Shown piece by piece: positions 1 through 12,589 of a stretch of 64,000 nucleotides of DNA. Origin of the DNA: Craspedostauros australis (Eukaryota); contig JALAGF010005467.1 of the NCBI GenBank assembly GCA_030167865.1, positions 1 through 64,000 on the forward strand, written 5' to 3'. The translations under genes and the position numbers were made by a program. The notes beneath the pieces were generated by a model that did not search any database, was not told the DNA's origin, and saw only the letters and a program-made list of their open reading frames with translations. Position 1 is the first letter of the stretch. Each line of letters opens with the position of its first letter.

Positions 1-402
1 ATTCAGTCACGTGTATTCGGATGCAACACGCGCAGCCATGCCGGCGCGAAGAAGAGCGGGCTGGCGCGTGACGTTATATGTGGGGAGAATGGTACTTTTA
101 TAGACCCAAATGTGAATATCGATGATACCACAAATACGCGTAACTCTGCCAGTTCGGTGAGACACGGATAGTGAGCACATGGCCATGCCGGCGCGTTCCT
201 CGACTGGCTGGCGCGCATCATAGGCCTAAAATATTATAGGTCTATCTAAGTACCTTCTCGTTTGGGCCTACTGGGGACAATTTACCGTGCGCCCCTGCGA
301 GAACATACAAACAGCCCACGGTGATTCCTCCATCCAACTACTCTATCCATCTATTCTATCCATCTGTCTATCTGTCCACCCACACTTCCGCATGCACCTA
401 CG

Positions 403-1717
403 ATGATGCAAAGAAGGCACGAACCCGATACATTCCAAGATGAAGACCTTTCGATGCAAATGCATCTGAAGGAGCCGTTGCCTCATGAGGAATCTTCTTC
501 CAAGAAGAACGCACGGAACTTCTGGGATCAACCTACGTTGCGTAGGGTCGCGCTCGTTGGCATTGCCTTGATTGTGCTCTTCCTTGCGTTGGTCATTCGC
601 AACCGCACCAAACCAATTTTGCGAATGCGCACAGCTCCATCATCATCGTCGTCGTCGCAGTCTCAGTCATCGGTCTTCAAGATTCTTCAGATCGCGGACA
701 TTCATCTCGGTGAAGCCGAAGATCTTGATTGGGGTCCAGAACAGGATCGCAAGACGTGGATTGTCCTGGACACCGTCATTGGTTTGGAGCAGCCCGATCT
801 CATTGTGCTCACAGGCGATCAATTGACGGCCAACAACTGCAAGGGCAATGCCACGGCGTACTATCAGATGCTGGGACGACGACTGTCGCGTTACCACACG
901 CCATGGGCCTTGATCTTCGGCAATCACGATGATGCCGACTACGAAGACGAATCCGCATCGAAATCGTATCCTGCCAAGTACAGACGTGACGATCTTTTGC
1001 GCATTGATCAGCAATTCACAAATTCTTTGACACGTGGATTGAATTACGTGTTGGACGTGCACGATGACAAGAAGACGGTCGTCGCACAGATCTACATGCT
1101 CGATAGCGGTGGTGGGTCGTTGCCACTGCAGATCACGCAAGATCAGATCGATTGGCTGCAGCAACAACGCGATCCCAACATTCCCGCCGTTGCGTTCCAA
1201 CACATTCCGACCGATGAGTTTGCGTACGATGCGGACGCGTGCGTGGGTGGTCGCAATGACACCGGTATTGCCGGGTTGACGGACGGGGATGCTGGGATTG
1301 TGTCGGCATTGCAGGCAATGGAGAACGTGCATTTCCTCGCAGTTGGTCATCAGGTGAGTGCTCGTTCGTTTGTGTCGTCGGATGCTTGTGCACAACAAGT
1401 CTTGGCTTGTATCCACACAACAAGAGTGCTCACACTTGAAAACGCTGCTATTCTCCACATACCTGCATCATGCCATGAAATGCAATGCAACACATACACA
1501 AATACACGAACGAATACAACAGCATGGCAATGATTACTGCTGTCAATTATCATCGTCTTCCATCCTTCAGGTTTGCTTTGCGCGACACAGCGGGTACGGT
1601 GGATACGGATCTTGGCAACGCGGTGCGCGAGTGTACGAATTGCAGCTGGAAACAGACCTGCGATGGAAATCATGGGTCCGATTGGAATCTGGCGAAGTTT
1701 TGCACGACGTCGCATGA
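403..1717 (+). CDS. Calcineurin-like metallophosphoesterase (purple acid phosphatase/Dcr2-like), type II membrane anchor; 2 exons
   Basis: Motifs DIH (QIADIHLGE), GD (LTGDQL), GNHD, FQHIP and GHQ|HGNDYC across the intron, plus RHSGYGGYG..RGARV. Exons 403-1353 and 1523-1717; intron GTGAGT..ACAG. N-terminal TM VALVGIALIVLFLALVI. Confidence 0.9.
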
Positions 1718-1901
1718 TGATCGACGTATAATTGGACCACGTTCTTTTGTAGAGTACTCTCTAGAGTTCTTGTTGCAGTTAGCGCAGAGTCACATTCATT
1801 GGTGCGCTGTCTCTCCTTGTCTCGCTTTCGCTGGTGCTGTGTTGCATGCTTGTTGATGATAACACGAAGTCGAGGACAGGAGAACCATGCATAGTAGTAC
1901 T

Positions 1902-3206
1902 CTACACATCCTTGGCCGACGTTTGCCGTCTCGATCGTTTGGACGTCGCCTTGCGCAGAAAGATTCCCATGCCGTTCCAAATCCTGGACGTCATGGACAT
2001 GTTGTACTGGTAGGCTTGCTGCGGTGTCGGGATGCTGCTGGTGATCCCTGTGTCATGATACGCCGGTATCGTGGTGCTGATGGTGTGGCTGACATCGGGT
2101 ATGTCGTGATACCGATTCCATCGACTTTTGATGTACCAGATCCAATTCTGTGTGTATCCCAAGCACATGAGGGCGGTGAGGAAATAGCAGAATGCCGCCT
2201 TGTAGGCATTCTTCGTGATGTCCATGCGCTGGACTGGCTTCGTCTCGTAAAAGATTTTGGTGCGTTGCAAATTGGTCTGATCGAGGTACTGGACGTGCTT
2301 GGGCACGCTGCCCTTGATATAGATCGGTTGCGTGTCGAGCAGAATTCCGATGAAGATGAGAAAGACGACGGCCACGATGGATATGCTGAAGCACAGGTTC
2401 GCGCAGCACATGGAGTTGACGACACCCGGCGGTGCGGGTCGCTTCCGCCGGCTGGGGTGGTACCGTCCGTGGATGTAGTCATGGTACTTGGAATCGGGCA
2501 CGGCCAGCGCTTTTCTCATGGTGGGAAATTGTCCCATTCCGGAAATGGATGCCGCCCGTGTGCTCGGCATTAGTTGCGTTTTGTCGGGTTGTGTTTGGTA
2601 ATATGGATTGTAAAGTTGTGGAGTCTCCACGGTCGTGCCTACCCGAGCCGACGACGTCGTTCGTCTCCGTCGCATGGGTACCCGGTCCGGAGGCACATGC
2701 ACCATCTCCACCGCGTTGTTGACGTTGGCGGCGGGAGTATGCCGCAGTCTTTGTTTGGGCGACATCTCTCTATCTTTCGCGGCAGCATGTAACGGCGATG
2801 AAGCCGATGGCTGGATAAATTGCTGATGACGCTGGTGCTGGTGCTGGTGCTGGTGCTGGTGCATTGGATCAATGGTCGTGGGTACGACCAAGTTCGATCC
2901 CATCGGTTCCGAAGCCACGCTGTTGGCGTCGTATCTTTGGAATTCCATGGATTGCGCGCTGCCCTGACTGTTGCCACTGTTGATTGCCATTGGGTTGGAT
3001 GAGACCGAGCCCGACGCCGATGTCTCCCAAACCCCACGTCTGGAAGGCGTCGAGGCACTTGCCGTTGCTGCAGCTCCACCTCCACCTCCACCTCCACCGA
3101 CCGGTGCCGATGATGACGATGTCGCTGCTTTGGCCCCCTTGGATGGATTCTTTCCGCCCGATCCATGGCCTCCGCCTGCATTGGGACGCTGGCGTATTCC
3201 GTTCAT
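1902..3206 (-). CDS. Two-TM protein with C-terminal RNase kappa (V-ATPase subunit f)-like module and long low-complexity N-terminus
   Basis: 434-aa ORF. CCANLCFSISIVAVVFLIFIGILL...KNAYKAAFCYFLTALMC resembles the RNASEK two-helix pattern; family call from memory. Confidence 0.55.
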   Translation of the reverse strand: MNGIRQRPNAGGGHGSGGKNPSKGAKAATSSSSAPVGGGGGGGGAAATASASTPSRRGVWETSASGSVSSNPMAINSGNSQGSAQSMEFQRYDANSVASEPMGSNLVVPTTIDPMHQHQHQHQHQRHQQFIQPSASSPLHAAAKDREMSPKQRLRHTPAANVNNAVEMVHVPPDRVPMRRRRTTSSARVGTTVETPQLYNPYYQTQPDKTQLMPSTRAASISGMGQFPTMRKALAVPDSKYHDYIHGRYHPSRRKRPAPPGVVNSMCCANLCFSISIVAVVFLIFIGILLDTQPIYIKGSVPKHVQYLDQTNLQRTKIFYETKPVQRMDITKNAYKAAFCYFLTALMCLGYTQNWIWYIKSRWNRYHDIPDVSHTISTTIPAYHDTGITSSIPTPQQAYQYNMSMTSRIWNGMGIFLRKATSKRSRRQTSAKDV

Positions 3207-3228
3207 CGTGTCTCTGCAAATGATGCTT

Positions 3229-3286
3229 CACGATACGGCACGATACTTCACGATACGGCACGATACGGCACGATACGGCACGATAC
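3229..3286. repeat. 10-bp tandem repeat (CACGATACGG) x~6
   Basis: Directly visible, one variant unit; lies just upstream of the 3206 start codon. Confidence 0.9.
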
Positions 3287-3480
3287 TCGTACTGTGTCTC
3301 CTTGTTTGAGTCTTGGATTTTGTGCTGAATCGATGTTTGCGCTTGCTCTGTCTCCGATGCTTGTTCTTCACTATTCGAAGGCCCTGAACGCTGAACGATG
3401 AACTTCACAATGAACCAGAGTGCTCTACTCTGCGCCAGCGACGATGTGAATGACTGTCGCACGCACGCACACCCAGCCCA

Positions 3481-3535
3481 GCTCAGTTCAGCGCTCAGCT
3501 CAGTTCAGCGCTCAGCTCAGTTCAGCGCTCAGCTC
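3481..3535. repeat. 17-bp tandem repeat (GCTCAGTTCAGCGCTCA) x3
   Basis: Three perfect units at 3481, 3498 and 3515, then a partial unit. Confidence 0.95.
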
Positions 3536-5032
3536 GGTGAGAGAAGTGCTCCGTTTTGAGGCCGATCGTTCTCTTTGAATCGCCTGGGATCTCCACTGCT
3601 CTGTTCTCCACGCTTTCGGGATGCTTTCGATCGTACGACTCTCTTCTATCGTATGATACCAGTACGTATGGCAGGATACAAAGGGGTCTGTCTCCGTTTC
3701 CAAATGGTGCATCCAACCAAACCAAATGGAATGCTCTTGTTGCCTCTCCCCTTTCAATGAACTCAGCTCTACTCTCAACTTCACTTCGCTCCGCTCACCG
3801 CGCAATTTGTGTAAGATGGGGTAAAGAGTTGGAGACGAAATGTCGGATGGAAACGCAAACAGCACACACACACACCATTTCGCCAAAATGACGCTCTGGT
3901 CATTCGATCGACCCATCCGACCGGATACGGGAAGACCGAATCAGTCGACCGAAAATAGCGGTTGCCGGACAAAAAAGTCGACATTCGGACAAGCACGCAT
4001 GAGGAATGTCCATCGGGTCACTTGTCCCTCTCCTCTTTGTCGTGTCATTCTTGGTGCACCTTTTTGCGTCCAGGGCGCAGCAAGAAGGGAAGAGGGATGC
4101 GTGGATGGGTGGATGCGCTGTTGGGGCCTTTGCGATCGGCGGCGCGCCAGCAAGACAGGCGACGGAGAAGACACCGAACACGACTTTGCAGCTTCTCTCC
4201 TTCTCTTGTTTGCGTGTCCTCACTTCGGGGACCGGGTGCCGAGCTTGGCCGTTCCTTGCTCTCCGATGTTCCGTTGGTGCCTATTCACTCTTGGCTCCAA
4301 CTCGATCGATGTGAACGGCACGCACTCCGCTACATTGAACACATGTGTAAAGTAATGCGCTTGGTTCGCGTCTTGTTCAGCATGATTAGATTGTTTAGGT
4401 TGGATTGTTGTAGAGTAGAGTAGTTCTGGAGAGAGAGAGAGTTGGTGTACGATGCTGATTGCATTTCTGTGCGCGGTTGCTCTGGGGCGAGCATCTCGCT
4501 TGCCCACAGTGTTCCGCGATGCTCCCATCGCATGGCAAGTGGCCGATAGGATGGACTTGGATTCGTCATTCAGTTGTGCGATCACGAAGGACCTTGCGTC
4601 ATTCATCGTGAGCATCCATTCAACTGCGGAGTCCTGGACCCGTGGCTATGTATGCTTGTGGCGCAGCCGCCTGGCGCCGTTGCGCGGGCTGTTCCTGTTC
4701 TCAAGCGCTTGCAACCAGCAGGCTTGATTGTGAAGGCAGACATCATCATCATCTGTGAAGGTTCGTTCGCGCCAACGAAAACGACAAGCTCGCGATGGCT
4801 GCGCTCGTGATGTTGTCTACTTTCTCTGTCTGTCTCTGGAGATAGTGCAGAGCAATCCTGAATCAATCCGCGCGTGTTCCCATGTCAAGGAGGACTGGTT
4901 GCCACCCCTGTTTTCCAGACTGCTGCATGGCTGAGATCAAATCGGCTCTGTGCACAGCGGCAGTTAATCTTTTGTGCACCAAAACATATTGTGATAGCGC
5001 TTCCACGGCGGTGGTTTTGAGACCGCTCCGCT

Positions 5033-6100
5033 TCACGTGTCCACCGCGAGGCCAGCCGCTTTGGCGGAGGGGTTGGATTTGCGGAAGGATCGGCCGATCT
5101 CCCTCAAGCTCCTGGAGAAGAAGGTGCCGCCGAGCGTGCGCAAGGAGGTCTTTTTGGAGGAGTTGCGGCCGATGCTCTGCAGCAGCGCTGGGTTTGGCTT
5201 GTCGGGACCGTTGCTGGTCTTGTTGGAGGAGGGGCCGATGTTGACGTCGGAAGTCTCGGAGTCCTCGTCGTAGTCGTCATAGTCATCGGGATCCGTGGTG
5301 GCGCTGGTGTTGTGGCTGGATGACTTGGTGGTGATGGCGTTGTTGTGGTCGTCGTCCGTGAGCGTGTTGGTGGTGGGCGTGGTGGTGGCGCTGCTTGCGG
5401 CCGTGACGATGGTGGTGTCCGACGTGGTTTGCGGAGAGCCCGGTGCCAGCGACAAGCCCTTCATCTTCTCCGTGCTGCGCGTGAGCATGCGGCTGGGAGG
5501 CCGTCGCGGCGGTGAGCGCGGGGATGGCGGCGAATGATCGTCATTGTCATCATCGTCGTTGCTGTCGTCGTCGCTGCTGTCAGTGTCGTTGGCGGTCTTC
5601 TTCTTGACCTTGGTGTAGTCGAAGAGGTTGAGGCGCTCCGGATGCTCGTCGATGAGGATGGACTCCATGAACTCCTGATCCGGCGCACAGCCATCGGAAG
5701 CGGCGCAGAAGGAATCGTCGGAACTGTCGAAATCGGAATCGTTGAGCGAGCGGCTGGCGGAGGAGTCATCGTCCGTGTCAAAGTCGATGTCCTGCGCATC
5801 GCGGTGGGCCTGCTCTCTCTGCGCGCGCTGCGCGAGTGCTTCTGGCGTTGTGAAAGCCGGCGGCAGGACGATGTCGTGCAGCTCGTGGTCGATGCTCCAG
5901 TTGCGCTGCTTGCGCCTGGCGCGGGAGCTGGTGGTGGAGTGCACGGAGGAGCGGTCGAATCGCAGCAGGCTCTGCTTCGTCGATCGCATGGTGGGTCGTT
6001 CCGATCCTTCTTCTTCGGATTCGTTGTTGTTGCTGCTGCTGGCGGCGTTGTTGCCGTCGGTGCTGCGTGCTGCGGAGCGAGTGGAGGAACGAGAAGACAT
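5033..6100 (-). CDS. Hypothetical acidic Ser/Asp/Thr-rich disordered protein
   Basis: 355-aa ATG ORF with GC-rich third codon positions; no recognisable domain. Confidence 0.7.
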   Translation of the reverse strand: MSSRSSTRSAARSTDGNNAASSSNNNESEEEGSERPTMRSTKQSLLRFDRSSVHSTTSSRARRKQRNWSIDHELHDIVLPPAFTTPEALAQRAQREQAHRDAQDIDFDTDDDSSASRSLNDSDFDSSDDSFCAASDGCAPDQEFMESILIDEHPERLNLFDYTKVKKKTANDTDSSDDDSNDDDDNDDHSPPSPRSPPRRPPSRMLTRSTEKMKGLSLAPGSPQTTSDTTIVTAASSATTTPTTNTLTDDDHNNAITTKSSSHNTSATTDPDDYDDYDEDSETSDVNIGPSSNKTSNGPDKPNPALLQSIGRNSSKKTSLRTLGGTFFSRSLREIGRSFRKSNPSAKAAGLAVDT

Positions 6101-8059
6101 GGTTGTGCTGTCGATCAGTTTGTGGGCAGGTGGATGACTGGGTGACTGGCTTTGGCTGTCTACTCGCGCAGGTATGGCAGGGCGTGGTATGGCAGGGTAT
6201 GGAACGAATACGAAGATGGCCTGGGACTTGATGCTGCTTCCTGATTTGGTTTGTCTGTTCCTCTGCTTCTCAGCGGGCCCGTCCTTTGTGCCTCTATTGT
6301 CCCTCTATTGTGCCTCTATTGTGCACTTTGTGATCTGGCGATGTAGTGGCTATGGCTATGGCTATAGCAGTGGCGATGTTGTGGAAAGGTGATGATTGCT
6401 TGGATTCCGCTTGGTTGTGTGGTAGTTGCAGGTCGGAACGGTACTGTCGTCTCTGATGGGAGTGGGAGTTTAGATGTTGTTGTTGTTGTTGTTGTTGTGT
6501 TTATTGTGGTGGTGGTGGGTGTTGTGGTTGTTGTCTGTTGGGGAGGCGTGATGATGCGATCCTGAGCGACTACTAAGACTTTGCTCTGCTCTGTGGTCTG
6601 CTGTACTGTGCTCAGCTTTGCGCTTTTCGATCCGAACAAGAGATGTTGGCACCTGTTCGTGGCTGTTGTTGCTGTCTGAGTACTACTATCTGTCTGAGGA
6701 TCTGTATGAGTATCTGAGCCTGTTGCTTTGTTGCTCTTCCTTGCTCTGCTCTACTTGTGTTTGGTGAGGTTTCACTACTAATCCTTTGCACGATGATCGG
6801 AGGCTGTGGGGTGGTGCTGCAGATGTCGGTCACGATGACTCCTTGCTTGTGCCTTTGCAATTGAACGTTTGTTGCTTTGACTTGCGCAGAGAGGACTTCA
6901 CTTGGCTTCACGATCGTTGGTCTCTTCCTTCCTTCCTCTTCTTGTGAGCATGCGGGTTGATTCGATCTGTCTTGTCTGTCTCAGCCTGGCTGCTGCTTTG
7001 TCTCTCTTCTTGTTGGATTCGGCTCCTTCCTTCTTTGGTCTCTCGAGGTTGGGTTTGGACGTGGGCTTGGAATTTAGCTGTTGGTGGTTGCGCTTGTGTC
7101 GTTGTTTTTTCTCTTGTTCTTGGGATTGCCCGTTGTCGTCTCGTGCCCTCGTAAGAATACAAGTACTCGTGGTTTGCCTGCTTGTTCGTAGTTTCTCTGT
7201 GTGCACTCTTGTTCGTCCAGCCTTTTCGCCTTTGCCGCGTGCTCCGTGTTACCGTCAATGTTGATGTTGGTCTTGGTTGGTCGGTGTCGTTCTGATCGTA
7301 TCTCGCCTCGTTGTCACGGCGCCAAAAGTGAACACGAGCCTGCGTCCACCGCGAGCACACACGACTCGTGCGCGGCGACACAGTCGAAGGTCACCGCTAA
7401 CTGCCGCCACCAACACGCACAATTTGTCACCTTTGTGGACGACACGCACAAAAACGCATGGTGCCGCCTCGTCGTCCTCGCAATTGCAAGTCAGTCCCAA
7501 ACGATCCTGGCTTTGTCACGGCTATGTGTTGGGATGCGCCTGCAGCATCGCGTCTTGCTGTCAACCGAGATGAACGTCTTTCTTGTCGTTTCTCTCTTAG
7601 CACCTGTGCATTATGTAAATTGATCGTGGAGACATGGGTTTATTTATCGAATCCTAATGACTGGTTGCGGAATAGGGCCTGTATGGGCACAGGGCTTATC
7701 TACTTTCTTCGCCGCCATGTCTGATTGCGACATGCGAAGGTCATCGGACCGGCGAATTGGCTTTTCATCCTCTGTTGTGATTCTGCCCACTTTTCCCTCT
7801 TTCTCGTAATACCGATAGATACCATGGGTACTACATGGTATCACGTAGTATTAATGCAGTATACTGCTATTGAGTCATGTCTGTTCGCAATTGGATCGTG
7901 ACTCAAACTAGAGGAATGATGTTGGTGGCGTTCATGTTCCATGCTCGGACGTTCTGAACCAGTGTCTTCGTGGCGCCATTGTGGTGTAGAGTACTGCGTT
8001 AATTACCTACGAATAAAGCTGCTATGTTTTTTCTTCAATAGTCGATTCACTTCCGCTGT

Positions 8060-8075
8060 TCCAGTCTCTCCAGAG

Positions 8076-8110
<35 letters not shown>

Positions 8111-10335
8111 GAGAGAGTATTGGCATGCTCTGTGGATAGACGCTTGATGGCAACGGTGATCATCGTGGAGCATTGCAGTTGTGACGATCTTCATCGTCAT
8201 CCTCTCAACAAAACACGAGAAACGGCTTGATGCCGACCGAAGAAGTCATCGTGGAGGATTCCTCGCATCGTGAAGGATTCGTCACATCGTGGATCTGCCC
8301 ATTACGGTCGTTCAATGACATCCAACTCCCGAAGAAGTGTATCGATCGGAGTAGTATCGTGGTTGACTCCCCCAAGACCATCACAGAGAGATGTACCTAC
8401 TCAGATAACACAAACAACGATATCACATGAAGAGGCATAACTGCACAGCGTGGCCAAGTTGGGCATCATCGAAGGTCGTATCGTGCAAGCGAGCGAGCGA
8501 ACGAGCTAGCCAGCTTCGGATCATGATGTCCATGGTCGTATCATACCACACCACACCATACACCGTGGTGGAACTGCGCAAGTCCATGCAGGCGTGTTCA
8601 CTGACGACACGTTGCTTCGTGATCAATGCACAGGATCATGAAATGGAGGACAACAAACTTGAGCAGACGAACTCACAATCGCCATCCAAGCGCAACTGAT
8701 TTGGGACCACATACTCTGCCTGCTCTACCTACTCTACTCGTACGGTTGTACCACCAACAGCAACAGCAACAATCATCATCAGTAACAATCAGCAACGACA
8801 GCAACGACAGCAACAACAAGAAAAGGATGAACCGCAACGTGGATGCTGTCTCCAGCACCAATACCAACAGCGATCAGGATCCAGACTTCAAGACTTTCTG
8901 GAAACAACTCCATAAAAAAGGGTGGGTTGCGAAGATCGTGTTCACTCCGCAGTGCCCACAAGTAGAGCAGACCGACTGCTACAGCGTCACACCCAAGCGG
9001 ATGGAACACTGGAGCATGGCCATCGAAGTAGGATTCACTTTTGATGACTTGGAATCGATGGTGGAGCGGCACAAGCACGTTGCTTTATCACCTCGCGTTA
9101 TACTGAGTGCTTCGTTTCTCCAGGGTTGCGGGCGGATTCGCATTCGATCCCTGTATCTGGAATTTGGCACCATTGACCAATTCGAAGAAGAAGACAAGGA
9201 AGCGATTCGATTCGTACTTCGATTGGCTGCTGAACATTCACTCAAATCTCCATTTGATGGAGGCATCCGCTTGACTCAATGCTTCGTGGAGATGAAACAG
9301 CTTCACGATATCCCTCTTGTGACACATTGTGTGAAGTTGGATTCATGTGATGTTGTTGGTTGCGACAAGCTCATGTTCAACATCTCCCAAAACTCCAAAT
9401 ACGTTGGGTTTTATACCTGCAAGCTCGCCAATGGGGGCGCTGATTTGTGCAGATGGCTGTCTCCAAACAATTGCAGCGTCACCGAAGTCTCCTTTTACAG
9501 CACCCGTATCACGTGCGATACCTTGGCGAAGCTATTCCAGTCAAACAAGCGCATCAACAAGCTCAACATCGATTTCGGTTGGGTCCACAGAGCCCTGCGA
9601 ATCTACTCACAACAAGAAATCAACCAGATCATCAAACTCCTTTCAGATGCATCACACCTGAAGAAGCTCAGGGTTGCCGATATTTGGGACGGATCATCGC
9701 GACAAGAGCAGATGATAAGATTCGATGCGTTGATATCGCTCCTGGGAAACAAGAGCTTGTCATCTCTCATATACTCTCACTCTACGGATCCCAACATGTT
9801 TGAGGTTCCGCCTGAGATCTTCTCGGCACAAATAGAAGCACTTGAGCAAGCCTTGGAGCAGACTACCCAACTCATCCATCTCGACATTGATCCACGCCCG
9901 CCTGGCGAACATGGCCATGTGTACAATGCGCTTGTTGAACGTACCTTGCGACGAAATTATCGCAACAAGATGAGATCAATGCTGCGTTCCCTTCTGACAT
10001 GGTCGCGGCCACAGGCCCTCTTCGGGGAGATGCTGATGAGAACAAGCAAACGTTGGGGTCCAATGGGTTCCACGAACGAGACTTTTCACATTCTGCTGCA
10101 GTGCAGTGACATGTTGAAACAGATATGGGACGATCGTATTGCCGATGAGCAACGACCAGACACGACAGGAGAAATAGCGCTGAAGTGATATGATCATGGG
10201 CCTTCTGCCAGCGCAATGAAATTGGCAGCCAACTGGCCACACTCGTGAAAACGATGGAGCTTGTGATTGGCGCTCGGTGTTCACAAAGCAAAGAAAGGTG
10301 TGTCGATGATTGATGCGATGCTGTATCACCTTAAC
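8060..10335 (+). repeat. Duplicated unit 1 (upstream block plus LRR gene)
   Basis: Colinear similarity to 12590-15145 and 16845-19530 from the (GA)n tract onward, e.g. shared GGTTGACTCCCCCAAGACCATCACA and GCACAGGATCATGAAATGGAGGACA. 5'-shorter than the other units. Boundaries approximate. Confidence 0.9.
8827..10188 (+). CDS. RNI-like leucine-rich-repeat protein, paralogue 1 (453 aa)
   Basis: Intact intronless ORF with degenerate LxxLxL units (IRSLYLEF, INKLNIDF, LKKLRVAD, LSSLIY, LIHLDI). ATG chosen by homology with the other copies (MNRNVDAV). Confidence 0.8.
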   Translation: MNRNVDAVSSTNTNSDQDPDFKTFWKQLHKKGWVAKIVFTPQCPQVEQTDCYSVTPKRMEHWSMAIEVGFTFDDLESMVERHKHVALSPRVILSASFLQGCGRIRIRSLYLEFGTIDQFEEEDKEAIRFVLRLAAEHSLKSPFDGGIRLTQCFVEMKQLHDIPLVTHCVKLDSCDVVGCDKLMFNISQNSKYVGFYTCKLANGGADLCRWLSPNNCSVTEVSFYSTRITCDTLAKLFQSNKRINKLNIDFGWVHRALRIYSQQEINQIIKLLSDASHLKKLRVADIWDGSSRQEQMIRFDALISLLGNKSLSSLIYSHSTDPNMFEVPPEIFSAQIEALEQALEQTTQLIHLDIDPRPPGEHGHVYNALVERTLRRNYRNKMRSMLRSLLTWSRPQALFGEMLMRTSKRWGPMGSTNETFHILLQCSDMLKQIWDDRIADEQRPDTTGEIALK

Positions 10336-10611
10336 AACTGTAGGACAACTACTCTCATCCAAATCCACTGACTGCGAGCAATTCCAGTATGCCCATGCCA
10401 GTGCGTGTTCCTGCAATGACCACAAACCTGCAACGACGAGAAACCGCCTCGCGCAGCGTCAACACCAAACAAAGCAAAGAGAGTCACGATGATACTATGA
10501 TACGATACTACTATTTGGGATACTCTATCTCCGGTGATCGGCATGTTTGACTTGCGGTCAACGAAAGTCAGAGGCGTCGGCAGCGAGAGTTGCAAAAACA
10601 AAACTGATGTT

Positions 10612-12221
10612 TCAGCCCGCGAGCACGACGCCTGCTGCGATGCCACCACCGATGATGAGGACAGCCACGATGATGACGGGGACCATGATGTTGCTCTTGT
10701 TTGGTGCTGGTTCCTGCAGCGTCGGCGTTGTGGTGGTGGCCATCTGCGCCTCAATGTCGACGGAATGCATGCTTGTGGTGTTGCCGGTGTCCTGTTCGAT
10801 CACGTTCTTCGGATCGAGATGCTTGCTGGATCCCTTGGAGGGTCCGATGGATTCTTTTCGCGTGAGCTGTTTGACTGGTGGATCTTGATTGATGGTTTGC
10901 GCCGGAGCAGTTGCGGGCATCATGGGAGTGAAGGATATTTCGATGGAGTTGGTGCGCGAGACGATCTGGGTGGGCATGTCCTCGTTGGTGTCGTTGGTCT
11001 TGTTGGGGAGGATGGCGGAATGAGTGGATTGGCTTTTGTCCAAGACCACTCCGGCTGAAGCGGAACTGCTGCTCATGAGGCGGTTGGCGGATGTACGTTG
11101 ACGCTGGGTCTTTGGTGGAAGGTGGATTCTCACCATCCATGTCCATGTCCATGTCCACATTGCTGTGGTTGGATTCCTTGGAAAGGGAGTTGGTGGAGTC
11201 CTGGTTGCCATGGTTGCTGTTGGATGAATTGGAGGTGGTGGCCGTGCGCTGGGTGCCGTCGTTTTTGGCGGAGATCATGGAAGAGAAGATCCCGGAATCC
11301 CCATTGGAATGGGCACCGAATTCGCCTGGCTTGCGTTTGTTGACAGTTCTGGTGGATGGTCGCTCCGTCTCGTCGCCCTCCTCGCCTTCGACGACAGACT
11401 CCAGTCCACCTTCCTGGCGGATGGAGGACATCCTCTTGGCGGAGGAGAAGCCGAAGGACGAGCCCCCCGTTGGAGGAGGCGTTGGGGCTGCCTCTGGCCG
11501 GCGGGGGCGTCCTGGACGGCGCGGTGGTGGTGCTGCTGGTGTTGGGAGATATTCCGATCGGGCGTGGGCGCTGGTCGGAGGTGGAACGGAATTCGTCACG
11601 AAATGAGTCGTCTCGAATGGAGTCGTCCTCGTCTGTGAACTCGTCGAAGCCTCCATCGGTCATCTTGTCACCCGCCTCCTCATCGGAACACTGACTCTCG
11701 ATGTCGTCGTCATCATCGTCGATGATGTGGATGTCGTCATCTATCTGCTGCGTGTTGGCGGCGGCACCCGCGCTGACATCGTGACTCTGGCTGTGACTGT
11801 GACTGCGACTGCGGCTGTTGGCGTCGGCACCTTAATCGTCGTCGCTGTTGTCGCTGTCAATGTCGTCGTCCAGGCCTTCATCCAGACCTTCGTCGAAGGG
11901 CTCCTCGTCGCTGTCCACCACCCTCCTCGCACTGATGGAGTCCACCATGTCGGCGTCGAAGTCCTGCTGCGAGTGCATGGAGAACTCTGCCTCATTGTCA
12001 TCGACGTACACGGTCTGCTGCTTGCTGCCCAGGTCGTCCATGTACTTGGAGGTGTAGGCGGAGGCGTAGCCGGTGGGCGATGATGCTGCCGATGCCGACA
12101 TGAAGCTTGGTGATGGCGCAGAGTTGCGGCCGTACTGGTGACCGATCTTGCGTTCAATGCCGGACGTGGAGAAGGACGACCGTGAAGCCTTGCTGGTGAA
12201 TGGGAATCTGTTGTCTTCCAT
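10612..12221 (-). pseudogene. Disrupted gene for an acidic low-complexity protein ending in a single TM helix
   Basis: MEDNRFPF.. from 12221. In-frame TAA at 11834-11832 with coherent reading beyond it. Frameshift at the G6 run (11468-11463) and a second near 11060. Ends at TGA right after TM IMVPVIIVAVLIIGGGIAAGVVLAG. Confidence 0.7.
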
Positions 12222-12589
12222 CGATTTGTGTTGTCTTCTGTTGTCTTCTGTTGTGTTGTATTGTGTTGCCTTGTATTGTGTTGTTTTGAGATTGATCCGC
12301 TCTGTTGCTTCGTTCAGTCGTTCAATCGCACAATGTTGAATGTTGAATGGACGGCCTGCTGCGACTAACGTACTTGCTGATGGCGCAGTATCCAGTATCC
12401 AATGTTCAGTGGTGGATCCACTCTCTCTCTCCCTCTCTCTGTCCAGTGATTCTTGAGGCAACGGGCTGATGCGATGCGATGCGATACAACACTGTGGTTG
12501 ATGTTGATGATGGTGTCGCCGTTGCGATTGTTGCGCCTGTCAGAGGAAATGGCCATCGGTGGTTCTCAATCCACAACGGAAGAAAAGTG

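Noticed and set aside
6150..7900. Many short ORFs
   Set aside because: Microsatellite-rich, low-complexity upstream sequence with no coherent coding signal.
8626..8826. N-terminal extension of LRR copy 1 in the ORF track
   Set aside because: The homologous region has stops or indels in copies 2 and 3; the shared ATG is at 8827.
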